Made by a program: the position numbers and the translations under genes
Shown here: in pieces, positions 27,667 through 38,519 of the stretch
How positions within the stretch are numbered: position 1 is the first letter of the stretch
Layout of the letters: the number at the start of each line of letters is the position of its first letter
Assembly (NCBI GenBank): GCA_038212275.1
Contig: JBBQUR010000015.1
Coordinates: 32,001-96,000 of the forward strand
Direction: 5' to 3'
Length of the DNA: 64,000 nt
Source: Planctomycetota bacterium
Lineage (GTDB): Bacteria > Planctomycetota > B15-G4
Notes under the pieces: generated by a model
The model's input: the letters and a program-made list of their open reading frames with translations, nothing else
Told to the model about the DNA's origin: nothing
The model's database searches: none

Positions 27667-30387
27667 TCAGGAGCGCCGCAGCAGGAAGAGCAGAGGCGAT
27701 CCGTCGCCGTCCTTTGCTTCGGCGTCGAGCGTGATGCTCTGCGTGGAGCTCTCGTAGCCGGGAGCTTCCACCGTGACGGTGAGCGGCTCGCCGGCCGGCA
27801 CCTCGAGGCTGGCGATGATGGACCGCGTGGCTTGCGGGACGAGGCGTTGCGTCATGGCGAGGGCCATGGCCGAGGGGTTGCCGTCCAGGCGAGCCTCCGC
27901 GCGAAGGCCGCGCGCGGCATCGAGGACGGTCGCGTGTGCATCGCAGTCCAGTGGCCAGACCAGCCCCTGCGCCATGAGTGACTCCAGAAGCGGACCCCAC
28001 TCCTCCATGCTGCTGCCGGCGGGCGGCGTGCTGACGGAGGGGGCTGCGCCCAGCACCAGCGCCATCACGCGCAGCGTGCCGCGATCCGCGAGCACCAGCT
28101 CGACGGTGCCGCGCGGCTCGGTGCGCAGATCCAGCGGGAAGGATTGCGGCTCGCTGAGAAAGTCGCGGCGCACCTCCACGGTGAGTTGCTCTGCGGGCAG
28201 GCCCACGGCCAGCGCTTCTCCGCGCTCGTCGGTGCCGAGCTGCGTGGTGTGCGCGTTCTGTCCCCAGGCGACCTTGAGCGGTGGGCCTCCCGCATTCCGG
28301 AAGGACAGGTGTGCGCTGAGCGGCTCGCGCCGCGCGTTGACGACGCGGAGCCGGACCTGGCGCGCGGCGCTGAAGCGGATGTCGAGGACGTGCTCGCCGG
28401 CTTCAAAGGCCTGCAGCGGTGCGGACCACGGCGCGTAGCCGGCGGCGTCGGCATTCACCTGCATCGCGCCGGGCTGCAGGCCGGTGATGCGCCACGCGCC
28501 GTCCGCACTCTCGAAGTCGTGGCTCTCGCCGATCATGCCCCCGCCGCCCACCGGGATCATCGTCGTCACGTCGAAGGCCGTGACCGGGCGGCCGGTGAGT
28601 GCGTCCGTCGCGCGTCCCAGCAGTGTGACGCCGCTGGTCGCATCCGGGTCCAGCACGAGCAGCAGGTCCTGCGTGCCCGACGGCGCGGTGAGCATGGCGA
28701 TCAGGCCGCTCTCGCGCGGGTGCGTCGCCGTGACCTTGAAGTTGCCCGCGTAGAGCTGGTCGAAGCGGAAGCGGCCGTCCTCGCCGGTGCTGGCGCTGTT
28801 CAGCGATTCGACTCGTGATTCCCAGGTGGGCACCGGAAAGCGGGCGCCGGGGCCGAGGTCCACGAGGCGGTCGCCTTCGATCTCCACCAGAGCGCCGCGC
28901 ACCGGCGCGCCACTCAGGTCCACGACCTGGCCGGCGAGGGTGCGCTCGGGATCCAGCGCCAGTTCCAGAGGCATGTTGGCGGTCTCGGCGATGACGACGG
29001 GCTGGCGCACGAACACGGCATGACCCTCTGCGGTGACCACCACTTCCGCGTTGCCATCCGCGTGCAGGCCCGTGAACGTGAAGCGTCCCTGATCGTCGGC
29101 GAAATCCGTGCTGGTCAATGTCGAGCGGGTGTTCGGGTCGGACGTGACCAGCGTGACCGTGGCTTCGGCGATGGGCGCACCGTCGGCCGCGGCGCGGACG
29201 TGACCGCTCAGCGTGGCGCCCGAGTCGAGTCGGACGACGAGGTCGGGATCGCCGGGCGCGTGCCGGCCGCGCCAGGCGAGGAAGCCGGGCGCCGACACGC
29301 TGACCTCGTAGACCTCGTCGCAGCAGTGGTCGCGCCGGAAGCTGCCGTCGGCGCCGGTGCGCGCCGGGCCTCCGAACTCCGCGAGCCGGCGGTAGACATC
29401 GGGTGCCGCGGTGACCTGCGACGGCGCCGCCTCGCCGGGGAGGCTGAACCCGATGGCTGCCCTTGGCACCGGCGCACCGCCGGGATCAAGGACCACGCCG
29501 CGGATCTCGCGCGCGGGCGAGAGCACCACGGTCAGCGGCGGCTCGACGGGTGCGCCGCCCGCGAGCGCGCCGATGCGCGCGCCCTCGGGAAGCGTGCCGA
29601 CGAGCTGCTCGCGCAGCGCGTAGCCCGGCGCCGACGCCGTGATCACGAAGGGCGGCCCGATGCGCGCGAGCACGAACTCGCCGGCGGCATTGGCGGTGGT
29701 GGTGCGGTCCGGCTCGTAGCTTTTCTCGAAGTTCAGCGTGGCGGCGTCGGTGGTGGCGCCCACCAGCGCGCCGGCGATCGGCTGTCCGTGCGTGTCCACG
29801 ACGCGGCCCGAGAGCGCGCCGCCGCTGCCCACGGCGAGGTCGAGCGTCGTCTCGGTGCCGGGTTGCAGTGGCAGTTCGACCTCGCTCCTGCCGCGCACCG
29901 TGTCGGGGCCGACGCCGGCGCGCAACTGATCCAGCGTGCAGGCCCCGGTGAACACGAGGCGGTAGCGGCCGTCGGCGCCGGTGAGCGCCTGGCTCGCGGC
30001 TTCATCGAGAGGCGCCTTGATGCGCGCGCCGCCGCTGGAGACCAGCGCTACCACGGAGACGTCCGATGCCGGCGAGCCGTCGGTCAGGCGCGTGATGCGA
30101 CCGGTGAGCACGGCGGAGGGCGCGAGAGTTTCCGACGAACCGAGGGTCGCGACGGCGGCCTGCCATGCCTCGCCGCTCAACGAACTGGCGGCATCCTCCG
30201 GCAAGCGTGCACGCGGCGCGGCGTCGAAGCGCGGTGCGCTGTCGGCACTGCTGCTCGGCGCCGCGATCGCAGCGGCGTTGCGGAGCCCGTCCTCGCGCGG
30301 GTCCTCGCGCTGCACCAGCCAGATGCCGACCCCCAGCACGACGAGTGCCGCTGCAAAGATCCAGACCGGCCGTGAACGCTGCGCCAT
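27667..30387 (-). CDS. Membrane-anchored multi carboxypeptidase-regulatory-like domain protein
   Basis: N-terminal TM; repeated GRVVD..G.PI.GA.V...T.ADG.F units. Confidence 0.85.
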   Translation of the reverse strand: MAQRSRPVWIFAAALVVLGVGIWLVQREDPREDGLRNAAAIAAPSSSADSAPRFDAAPRARLPEDAASSLSGEAWQAAVATLGSSETLAPSAVLTGRITRLTDGSPASDVSVVALVSSGGARIKAPLDEAASQALTGADGRYRLVFTGACTLDQLRAGVGPDTVRGRSEVELPLQPGTETTLDLAVGSGGALSGRVVDTHGQPIAGALVGATTDAATLNFEKSYEPDRTTTANAAGEFVLARIGPPFVITASAPGYALREQLVGTLPEGARIGALAGGAPVEPPLTVVLSPAREIRGVVLDPGGAPVPRAAIGFSLPGEAAPSQVTAAPDVYRRLAEFGGPARTGADGSFRRDHCCDEVYEVSVSAPGFLAWRGRHAPGDPDLVVRLDSGATLSGHVRAAADGAPIAEATVTLVTSDPNTRSTLTSTDFADDQGRFTFTGLHADGNAEVVVTAEGHAVFVRQPVVIAETANMPLELALDPERTLAGQVVDLSGAPVRGALVEIEGDRLVDLGPGARFPVPTWESRVESLNSASTGEDGRFRFDQLYAGNFKVTATHPRESGLIAMLTAPSGTQDLLLVLDPDATSGVTLLGRATDALTGRPVTAFDVTTMIPVGGGGMIGESHDFESADGAWRITGLQPGAMQVNADAAGYAPWSAPLQAFEAGEHVLDIRFSAARQVRLRVVNARREPLSAHLSFRNAGGPPLKVAWGQNAHTTQLGTDERGEALAVGLPAEQLTVEVRRDFLSEPQSFPLDLRTEPRGTVELVLADRGTLRVMALVLGAAPSVSTPPAGSSMEEWGPLLESLMAQGLVWPLDCDAHATVLDAARGLRAEARLDGNPSAMALAMTQRLVPQATRSIIASLEVPAGEPLTVTVEAPGYESSTQSITLDAEAKDGDGSPLLFLLRRS

Positions 30388-30459
30388 GACCCGAACTCCC
30401 GCGCGAGAGACGGACGGAATCATGCCGCACGGGCCGCGCCCGTGTCAGGCCCGCCCCGC

Positions 30460-33453
30460 TCACGGCCCGGGCGCGACGTACAGCGTCACGTCGCGCGTTT
30501 CACCGGGCGCGAGTGACACCACCTGCGCCGCGAGGCCCAGGCCATCGAGGGCCGCCGCGGTGTTGCAGCTTTGCCTGTCACCGGTGGAGAACACGGCCAC
30601 TCGGTACTGGCCCGGCGGCAGATTGCCAGATGACAGCCATCCCGCGAACCGAGGAAAGTGCCGTACCACTCGTACGTCGTCGCCGGGAGGCGGGTTGAGG
30701 CCCCAGGCGACCGTGGAGGCTTCGGCAGTTTGCCCGTTGGGGCCAAGCACGGTGATGCGCATGCAGGCTGCAGGCGGCAACGCGATGCGCAGCCCGCTCA
30801 CGACCTGACCCGCGGCAACCGTCACGGGTACGGGCTCCAGCGGGAAGTGCCCGGGCGCGCTCACCAACCAGCGGAAGGTGCCCGCGCCCACGCGTGGCAC
30901 CACGAAGAGACCCTGAGCGTCGGTCCTCACCGCATCGGCACCCGAGAGACTCACCTGCGCGCCCGGCAGGGGCTCTCCGGAGAGCGCATCGAGCACCAGG
31001 CCCTCCACGCGCCCGCTGCCGAGCTGCAGCACCAGCAGGATGTCCGCATCGGGCACGAGATCGACTCGCCCGACCTCGCTCGCTGCGCCGCCGTCCAGCA
31101 GCGCCCGCACCACGATCAGGCCCATTTCGTCGAGCGTGAGCCGCGCCTCGCCCTGCGCGTCGGTGACCGGCAGCCTGCCGGCCTGCTTGACGGACGGGAG
31201 GACACCGGTCCGCTGGCTATTGTCATCGAGGTGCGCCCAGTGAATGCGCGCACCCGCCACGGGCTGGGCTCCGTCCAGCACGCGCACGCGGAGCCGCGGT
31301 GGTGGCGGCACCACGAGCCGCACGCTGCTGACCTCTCCCGCCACGACATCCACCGGACAGCGCGTACCCCTGGGTCCGCGCAGAACCCAGCCACCGGGCA
31401 TGAGCCCGGTCGCGCGGAAGCAGCAGCCGGCATCCAGATTCACGTCGACTCCGGGCAGTCTCCGGGAACTCTTGAGGGGGTCGTCGAACGCCCGCTCCAC
31501 CAGCCTGACGGTCCAGTCGTGGAGCAGTGGCGAACAACTGCCGTCGACATCGACGATGCAGCCTTCGACAGCGCCGGTGCGCTGCACCGTGAGCACCACG
31601 TCGGCGCGGGATTCACCTGCCGCGAGAGTCAGCTCGGTTTCCTCGGCCTCGGCCAGCTCGTCGCCACTCGGTGTGATGCCCCACTCCCCTGCGCCAAGGC
31701 CGCGGGCGGCGAACGCACCCGCCGCGTCCGTGACAGCTTCGTGCACGATGGCGTGGTCGGGGTGCATGCCCTCCAACTGGAAGCGCAGTCTCACTTGCGG
31801 CATGCCTGCACCTCGCTCGTCCACGACGCGGCCCTGCACGCGCGCCTCGGGCGCCAGCACGACGTGCACGTGCGGGGGCAACACCGCCGACGACGATGTG
31901 TCACGCGCGGAACATCCCTGGAGCTCGACAGCCTGCTGCTCGGACACGAGCAGTTCCAGATTGATGCATCGCGTCGCGAAGCCCGGCGCCTCCACGCACA
32001 GCGAAACGCCGCGATCGACGCGCCGGTCCACTGCAAAGGCGCCGGGAGCGGTGGGCCTCACGCCGCAGGGGTGGTCGCCGAACTCATCCTCCGACTCGCC
32101 CGTGGCCTGCACCCGCGCCGCAGCGACGGGTTGTCCATCGGGCGTCTCGACGAACACGACGATCCCGGGCGACTGCCCCGGCGTTTCCAGCGGCACGAGC
32201 TGCAGCACGACGGGCACGCCGCCCGGCCAGACACCGGCGACCGGATCCGCTCGACCGCTGGAGGCGAGCGCGGCCACCACATGCGCCGTGTTGTCGAGGC
32301 CGCGAATCGTGTAGCGGCCGTTCCCCGAGGGCGAGCCCCGGCGCGGGTGGTAGTCGTTGTCCTCGACCGGCAGTCGCAGCAGGTCGGCCGTGGACGGCCG
32401 AAGAGAACTCGAGCGCAGCGGCGCTGCGACCACCGTGGCGTCGTCCACCGGCTGCTGCCGGCTGTCCAGGACGATGACGTGGACGACCAGGCCTTCCTCC
32501 GCGATCAGGTCGGGCATCTCAACGCTGGCGCCGGGTGTCAAGACGTCGATGCATTCCTCGGCGTGCTGCCAGTCGTCCGAGGTGATGGCGGCGCACACCT
32601 CGCCGGGCCACACGCTGCGGAAGCCGTAGCTCCCATCGTCCTCGGTGACGGCGTCCCGCAGCGCCAAGGGGAGCCCCCACCATTCGTCGAAGCCGAGCCG
32701 CGCCGCCACCGCGTCGTCCACGTCCACATCCAGTCGCACGTGGATGCCACCGACCGGCCGACCAGCGCCGTCCACGACGCGCCCGCGCACGAACGCGCCT
32801 GCGAGCACGATCAGCGTTCCGACATCACACTCGGCGATGTCACTCTCGGGGCATTCGTGCCACAGCGCGGTGCAGCGCGGGTCGTCCACCACGATGGCGC
32901 GCGTGGAGGCGTCAAGCTGGCGCCACCGCGTGCCGGCGCCCAGCAGGCCGCGGCGCGTCTGCAGGTCGAAGCTGCCATCGGGAGCAGTGCGCGTGGAGGG
33001 CCCGGCGCCCGGCGTGCGCCCCGTGGCCTCTTCGACCACCGCGCGCGTGGCCGGGTCGGGAACGAACACGATGTCCGCGTCCACGAGCGGCGCACCGAAC
33101 TCATTCACGACGCGGCCGTGCACCCGGAAGCCGGTGGTCCACTCCGCCGGCACGCCGGCGAAGTACGGATCGTCGAGGCCGGTGCGGTCCAGCGGAGAGT
33201 CGGCAGCGGCCTCGAGCTTGATGCTGTCGCCCAGTTGCAGCGGCTGCCGCGCAGCGGCGTCCGCGCTGTCGCCAAGCGGTCCGCCCCTGCTGGAGTCGCC
33301 GCGATGCGCGGAGAGGACCGAGCGCGCCCGCGAGTCCGGCTCATCCGCCAACCTCACGAACCACGCAAAGGCCAGCACGAGTCCGGCGCCTGCGCCCACC
33401 ATGAGCGCCAGCGCAAGACGCCGTCGTGCTCGCAATGTCTTCGCTGGCTTCAT
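30460..33453 (-). CDS. Membrane-anchored multi carboxypeptidase-regulatory-like domain protein
   Basis: N-terminal TM after MKPAKTLRARRR; repeated GRVVD..G.P..TD..G.F units. Confidence 0.85.
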   Translation of the reverse strand: MKPAKTLRARRRLALALMVGAGAGLVLAFAWFVRLADEPDSRARSVLSAHRGDSSRGGPLGDSADAAARQPLQLGDSIKLEAAADSPLDRTGLDDPYFAGVPAEWTTGFRVHGRVVNEFGAPLVDADIVFVPDPATRAVVEEATGRTPGAGPSTRTAPDGSFDLQTRRGLLGAGTRWRQLDASTRAIVVDDPRCTALWHECPESDIAECDVGTLIVLAGAFVRGRVVDGAGRPVGGIHVRLDVDVDDAVAARLGFDEWWGLPLALRDAVTEDDGSYGFRSVWPGEVCAAITSDDWQHAEECIDVLTPGASVEMPDLIAEEGLVVHVIVLDSRQQPVDDATVVAAPLRSSSLRPSTADLLRLPVEDNDYHPRRGSPSGNGRYTIRGLDNTAHVVAALASSGRADPVAGVWPGGVPVVLQLVPLETPGQSPGIVVFVETPDGQPVAAARVQATGESEDEFGDHPCGVRPTAPGAFAVDRRVDRGVSLCVEAPGFATRCINLELLVSEQQAVELQGCSARDTSSSAVLPPHVHVVLAPEARVQGRVVDERGAGMPQVRLRFQLEGMHPDHAIVHEAVTDAAGAFAARGLGAGEWGITPSGDELAEAEETELTLAAGESRADVVLTVQRTGAVEGCIVDVDGSCSPLLHDWTVRLVERAFDDPLKSSRRLPGVDVNLDAGCCFRATGLMPGGWVLRGPRGTRCPVDVVAGEVSSVRLVVPPPPRLRVRVLDGAQPVAGARIHWAHLDDNSQRTGVLPSVKQAGRLPVTDAQGEARLTLDEMGLIVVRALLDGGAASEVGRVDLVPDADILLVLQLGSGRVEGLVLDALSGEPLPGAQVSLSGADAVRTDAQGLFVVPRVGAGTFRWLVSAPGHFPLEPVPVTVAAGQVVSGLRIALPPAACMRITVLGPNGQTAEASTVAWGLNPPPGDDVRVVRHFPRFAGWLSSGNLPPGQYRVAVFSTGDRQSCNTAAALDGLGLAAQVVSLAPGETRDVTLYVAPGP

Positions 33454-33744
33454 GCGTACACGTCGACCCCTCGGTGCCTGTCCGCCTCCGGCGCCAGCAC
33501 GTCTACACCGGAAGTCGCCCGGAGTAATGCTTTCGCGAGCGCGGGGCGCGTCGGCGGGCCCGCTGTCCGGCCCGAGCACGGTGACCACCATCCGGGCGGC
33601 GGGGTCCAGCGCAACACGCAGTCCGCTCCACAGCCCTCGCAGTGCAGCACGTCCGGCGCAGTTTTGTCATGCGGGCAAAGCTAGCAGGCCAGGCACCGGA
33701 CACTTGAGGGGCAAGCGCCTCATCCCGCGTAGAATCCGCCGCCT

Positions 33745-34462
33745 ATGTCCGGCGGCCAGTTCAGCGTCACGCCCCACCAGTCCGCCTACTTTGCGCACGC
33801 CCTGACGCTCGCGTCGCCGGCCGGCACCGTAGAGGGGCTCTCGCGCTCGATCGCCAGCGCCCGCGTGGACCTGAACCCGCACCAGGTGGACGCCGCGCTC
33901 TTCGCGCTGCGCTCGCCGCTCAGCCGCGGCGTGCTGCTCGCGGACGAGGTGGGCCTGGGCAAGACCATCGAGGCCGGCATCGTGATCTCGCAGCGCTGGG
34001 CCGAGCGGCGCCGGCGCGTGCTGCTCGTCGTGCCGGCCACGCTGCGCAAGCAGTGGGAGCAGGAGCTGGCCGAGAAGTTCCTGCTGCCGGCGTTCGTGCT
34101 GGACTCGCGGAGCTTCCGGGCAGCCGTGGAGGCGGGTGTCGCCAATCCGTTCGAGGCCGGCGGAGCCGAGAGAGCCAGCGCGGCCGGCCCCGGCACGCCG
34201 GACCGCATCGTGATCTGCTCCTACCAGTTCGCGGCGGCGCGGCAGGCGGAAGTGGCGCTGGTGCCGTGGGACCTCGTGGTCATCGACGAGGCCCACCGCC
34301 TGCGCAACGTCTACAAGACTTCGAGCAAGATCGCCCGCGCGCTGGTGGACGCGATCGGCAGCCGCAACAAGCTGCTGCTCACGGCGACGCCGCTGCAGAA
34401 CTCGCTCATGGAGCTGTACGGCCTCGTCAGTGTCATCGACCCGCAGGTGTTCGGCGACGCGC
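33745..34462 (+). pseudogene. N-terminal fragment of a SNF2/RapA-DrmD-like helicase
   Basis: VDLNPHQ, LLADEVGLGKT, VVIDEAH, LTATPLQN; the helicase C-terminal domain is absent. Confidence 0.85.
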
Positions 34463-34464
34463 GG

Positions 34465-35030
34465 GCGCGTGCTCCACAGGGCGTTCATCGCGCCGCGGAT
34501 GCGCTCGTTCTCCTCGCGCAGCCGATCCTGCAACGCGTCCTTGCCGTGGTTGCGGCCGGCGAAGGCGATCAGCGAGAAGTCCCACGGCATGTCGAGCCGC
34601 GGATCGAGGAAGCGGTAGTCGGCCTCGAGCGCCGGGCCTGTCAGGCGTCCTTCCGCGCGCATCCGCTCCTCCATCGGCGTGCCGACGCAGGGCAGCGTGC
34701 GGCAGAAGCCCGCCACGGTGTCTCCGTCGGCGCAGAAGTCGCGCAGGAAACGGAGGTGGTTGCGCACGGTCGAGAGCGTGCTCCACGGCTCGAGCAGCAT
34801 GAAGCCGACGTCGAAGCCGAGGTCGAGGCGCTGCAGCACCGCGCCGGCGCGATGATGGACCTCCGGCTTGATGCGCCTGTTCAGCGTCTTCAGCGCCTCG
34901 GGATCGCCCGCCTCCACTCCGAGGCAGACGTGCGACAGCCCGGCCTCCATGAGCGGCGCGAGCACGTCCTCGCGCACCTCGTCGGAGCGGCACGAGAGCT
35001 TGAAGCGCACACGCCACAGCCGGAGTTCGG
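34465..35030 (-). pseudogene. Internal fragment of a (B12-binding-type) radical SAM protein
   Basis: FKLSCRSDEV, EAGLSHVCLGVEAG, GFMLLEPWST, LP..GTP; the CxxxCxxC motif is not in the fragment. Confidence 0.7.
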
Positions 35031-35039
35031 CGTGGCGCG

Positions 35040-35367
35040 GAAGGACCACGACCGGACGCGCCTCGTGAACAACGCCAGCGGCTGGACCGACATGCAAGTG
35101 GGCGACGTCTCCGACGTGCACGACTGCCCCGGCCCGAGGCTGCTCGCGACGGAAGATGGCCGCGCGCTCGTGCTGGGCGAGTTCGGCGGACTGGGGCTGC
35201 CGATCGCCGGTCACACCTGGGTGCCGCAGAACAGCCAGGGCTGCCGCAGCTTCGAGTCGAAGGACGCGCTGGGCGACACCTGCCGCGACGTCGTCGCGAA
35301 GCTGCCGGACGATGCTTCCGCACTCAACGCCGCCGTGATCCGGCTCTCGATGGACGAGGGACGCTGA
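35040..35367 (+). pseudogene. Fragment of a glycoside hydrolase family 2 catalytic domain
   Basis: D.TRLVNNASGWTD..VGDV.DVH..PGP...VLGEFGGLGLP..GHTW is typical of GH2 TIM barrels. Confidence 0.7.
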
Positions 35368-35382
35368 GCGCGCGCGGCGGCG

Positions 35383-36096
35383 TCAGGGCGCTGCCGGATC
35401 GAGGCGCGTCTCCTCCAGCGTGTCTACGGCCAGCCGATAACCGGCCCAGCCGTTCTCCAGCGTCGCGTGCTCCGGCACGATGCGGCCCGGCTGCCCGCGC
35501 ACGCAGCGCACGGTGATCGTCCCCGCCGGATGGCCGTCGAGGCGCGTGAAGCGCCGCTCCACCAGCGCGCCATCCTGCCACACCTCGACGAGGTGCTCGT
35601 CGCCGCGGTCGCCCTCGTGCGTTCCATCCGCCAGCGACCCGCCTGCGGGCGCCAACCACGGAAAGAAGACGCGCTGTACGTCCAGCAGAATGAAGCGCGG
35701 CGGGAAGGGCATGTCCTGCTCGGTGCGGTTCTCGAAGGCGATGCGGTCGCCGTCGAGCGTCACGACGAAGCCCGCCGAGCCGAGCGGCGAGAGGCCGAGC
35801 AGCGTCAGCTTGTCGCCCTGCTTCTGGAAGGCGCCGTCGAAGCCGCGCGACGAGCCGTCGCCCCACGTGGCGGTGACGCGCTGGCGCAGCAGCACGTCCG
35901 CCGGAAAGGTCGAGGGCGGGCGCAACTCGCCCGGATAGTCGGCCTCCGTGAGTTCTGCCGGCACGCGCGGCCGCGACTGCGACGTTTCGGCGGCGCACGC
36001 GCTCAGCAGCAGCGTCACGCACGTCGCGAGGAGGCAGCGCACGGCGAACGCTGTGAACGCGCGGTGCAACACGGGCGCGGTTCGAGCGGACGTCAT
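35383..36096 (-). CDS. DUF3261-like lipoprotein of aryl polyene clusters
   Basis: Lipobox LSAC; LTLLGLSPLG, PFPPRFILLDVQ; lies directly after the MMPL gene. Confidence 0.8.
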   Translation of the reverse strand: MTSARTAPVLHRAFTAFAVRCLLATCVTLLLSACAAETSQSRPRVPAELTEADYPGELRPPSTFPADVLLRQRVTATWGDGSSRGFDGAFQKQGDKLTLLGLSPLGSAGFVVTLDGDRIAFENRTEQDMPFPPRFILLDVQRVFFPWLAPAGGSLADGTHEGDRGDEHLVEVWQDGALVERRFTRLDGHPAGTITVRCVRGQPGRIVPEHATLENGWAGYRLAVDTLEETRLDPAAP

Positions 36097-38519
36097 GCGT
36101 CATCCTTTCCGCGCCCGCCGATGAGCAGATGCAGCGTGGGAGCGAGGAGCAGGCACAGCGACACGCCGATCGCGGTCGTCGCGCCGATGCTGAACAGGGC
36201 GGGATTGTCCGAAAAGGCCAGCAGCCCGAAACCGAGAATCGTCGTGGCGCCGGCGAAGAACACGCCGAGGTGCGTCGCCTCCAGTTCGGCCGGGCGCGCG
36301 CCGGCCTCCGCGAGGAACACGCCGTAGTCGTCGCCCATGCTCACGATCATGAGCAGCGCGACGAGCGTGAGCACGTTGAGCTCGATGCCGAGCAGCCCGA
36401 ACGCGCCCACCGTTCCGAAGGCCGCGAGCAGACCGGGCAGGCACGCGGACACCGTCGGCCGCACGGCCCGATGGCGCAGCGCCACCAGCGCGATGACCGC
36501 CAGCACGCCGACAAGCAGCAGCTCGAGCATGCGCGACCGATACGCGCCGTAGGCCCGCGCGAAGGTCGCGCCCATGTTCACGAGCCGCGCGCCGGGCACC
36601 ACCGCGAGGCGCCGCTCGAGCGCCGGTGCGTCGTGCAGGTCCTGCAGGAAGCTCAGCACGCCCGTGCCGCCGTCGAGCGTGACGAAGAACGGACGCACGA
36701 GCGCGGCCAGCGGCGAGGCCTGGAGGTCGGCGGCGTTCAGCGGCTCGGGCGCGGAGCCGGCCAGCGCGTCGCGGAAGGGCTCGAAGGCTTCGGGGACGAA
36801 GCCCTCGGCGACGAGCGCGTCGCGCACACGCGGCCACAGCGTCGCGTCGGAGCGCACGGCGGCATCCACCGCGCGCTGGCGCGCCGCGCTCGGCAGCAGC
36901 TCCGCGATCTGCCGCGAGCCGCCCAGCTCGCCGGCGCGCTGGGCTTCCGCCAGCACGTCGGCAATGCGCTCATTGACTGCCAGCGCGGCTTCGGCGTCCG
37001 CGCCGACGGCGACGACCATGCGGCGCTGCTCGAAGCGCGCCACCTGCTCGCGGATGGCTGCGTCCTCGGCAACGAGCGCCGGGTCGAGGCGGTTCAGGTC
37101 CGCGAAGTCGTCGTACCAGCGCACGCGCGGCACGCCGGCCACGCCGATGGCCAGCACGAGCAGCGGCAGCGCGCACGCGAGCCGGCGCCGGCGATGAAGC
37201 GCCGCAGCGCCGCGACCGATGGCGGCCGCGACACGTCGGCTGGCCACGGTCGCCGGCGCGACCGCAGGGAGCAGCTCGGGCAGCAGCAGCGTCGTGCCGG
37301 CCAGCGCCGCCGCGATGCCGAAAGCGCCGAAGACGGCCAGCTCGCGCAACGCCGGAAACGACGAGGCCACGAGCGCGACAAAACCCACCACCGTCGTCGC
37401 CGCGCCGAGCGCGAGGCCCGGCCAGATGCCTCGAAGCGTGGCGCGCGCGCCACGCGGATCCGGCGCGAGGGTGTGGTGACAGTAGAAGTGGATCGTGTAG
37501 TCCACGCTCACGCCGATGAGGCCCGAGCCGAACGCGAGCGTCAGCGCGTGCACCGAGCCGAACAGCGCCAGGCACGCGGCCGTGGCGACGACGAAGCCCG
37601 CACCCAGCACGAGCAGCGTCACCACGCCGAGCCGCAGCGAGCGGAACAACCACAGGAAAAGCGCCACCACCGCGATGACCGACCAGGTCGACACGCGCTG
37701 GATGTCGGCGCGGATGGATTGCTCCGAGCGCACGGCGAAGCGGTTGGCGCCGGTCTGCGAGAGCTGCAGCGCGCCGCCGTGCGCCGCGTTCACGCGCTCG
37801 AAGGCCGCTCGCACGCCGTCGAGGAACGGCGCCTGACGCGCGTTGTCGAACGAGTCGGCGCGCGTCGCGAGGAACAGCACCGCATGGCGGCCATCGGCGG
37901 TGATGAAGCGGCCGGCGGCGAGCTGCAGGCCCTCGCCGCGCAGGGCCGCGAGGCGTTCGAACAGTCCCGGGATGACGAGCAGCGGATCGCCGGGCGCGAC
38001 CCGCGTGAGCAGGCTCGACAGCGGCAGCGCGAGCCGGCGCTTGAGCCGCTGCGCCGCGTCGCGCAGCGCGTCGGGCGTGGTCGCCGCGGCCACGCCCGAC
38101 GCGTCGTGCGCCAGGAAGGCGAGCCGGCGCGGCTCGTACAGCGACCACAACGCCTCCTCGATCCCCTGCGGCGGCCCGGCGTCGAGTGACGCCAGCTCCG
38201 CTTCGACCGCCGGCGTCGCGTGCAGCGCCGCCTCCAGCTCGCGGCTCGCGGCGACGGCGCCCGCCGTGTCGGGCGCGCCGACGAGCAGGATCATCGTGCG
38301 GCTCAGTTCGCTCGACACGAGCTGGCGCGAGAGCAGGAGGTCCGGGTCGGCCTCTCCTGCGGGCAGGAACTGCGCAATGTCCGTCGTGACGTGCAGCCGC
38401 GCGACGACGAAGGCCGCGAGCGCGAGGATCACGACCGCGCTCAGGCCCAGCGTGAGCGTGCGACGCGCGCGACCGTCGCGCTCGTCGCGCCCGCCAGTGC
38501 GCGGCGCGTCGGCGGTCAA
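36093..38519 (-). CDS. MMPL/RND-family exporter of aryl polyene clusters
   Basis: Two 1+5 TM halves; LAFGSGLIGVSVDY and GDDYGVF motifs. Confidence 0.9.
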   Translation of the reverse strand: MTADAPRTGGRDERDGRARRTLTLGLSAVVILALAAFVVARLHVTTDIAQFLPAGEADPDLLLSRQLVSSELSRTMILLVGAPDTAGAVAASRELEAALHATPAVEAELASLDAGPPQGIEEALWSLYEPRRLAFLAHDASGVAAATTPDALRDAAQRLKRRLALPLSSLLTRVAPGDPLLVIPGLFERLAALRGEGLQLAAGRFITADGRHAVLFLATRADSFDNARQAPFLDGVRAAFERVNAAHGGALQLSQTGANRFAVRSEQSIRADIQRVSTWSVIAVVALFLWLFRSLRLGVVTLLVLGAGFVVATAACLALFGSVHALTLAFGSGLIGVSVDYTIHFYCHHTLAPDPRGARATLRGIWPGLALGAATTVVGFVALVASSFPALRELAVFGAFGIAAALAGTTLLLPELLPAVAPATVASRRVAAAIGRGAAALHRRRRLACALPLLVLAIGVAGVPRVRWYDDFADLNRLDPALVAEDAAIREQVARFEQRRMVVAVGADAEAALAVNERIADVLAEAQRAGELGGSRQIAELLPSAARQRAVDAAVRSDATLWPRVRDALVAEGFVPEAFEPFRDALAGSAPEPLNAADLQASPLAALVRPFFVTLDGGTGVLSFLQDLHDAPALERRLAVVPGARLVNMGATFARAYGAYRSRMLELLLVGVLAVIALVALRHRAVRPTVSACLPGLLAAFGTVGAFGLLGIELNVLTLVALLMIVSMGDDYGVFLAEAGARPAELEATHLGVFFAGATTILGFGLLAFSDNPALFSIGATTAIGVSLCLLLAPTLHLLIGGRGKDDA

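Noticed and set aside
33745..35367. Intact DISARM/SNF2 defence helicase
   Set aside because: Only the N-terminal lobe is present, with no partner genes.
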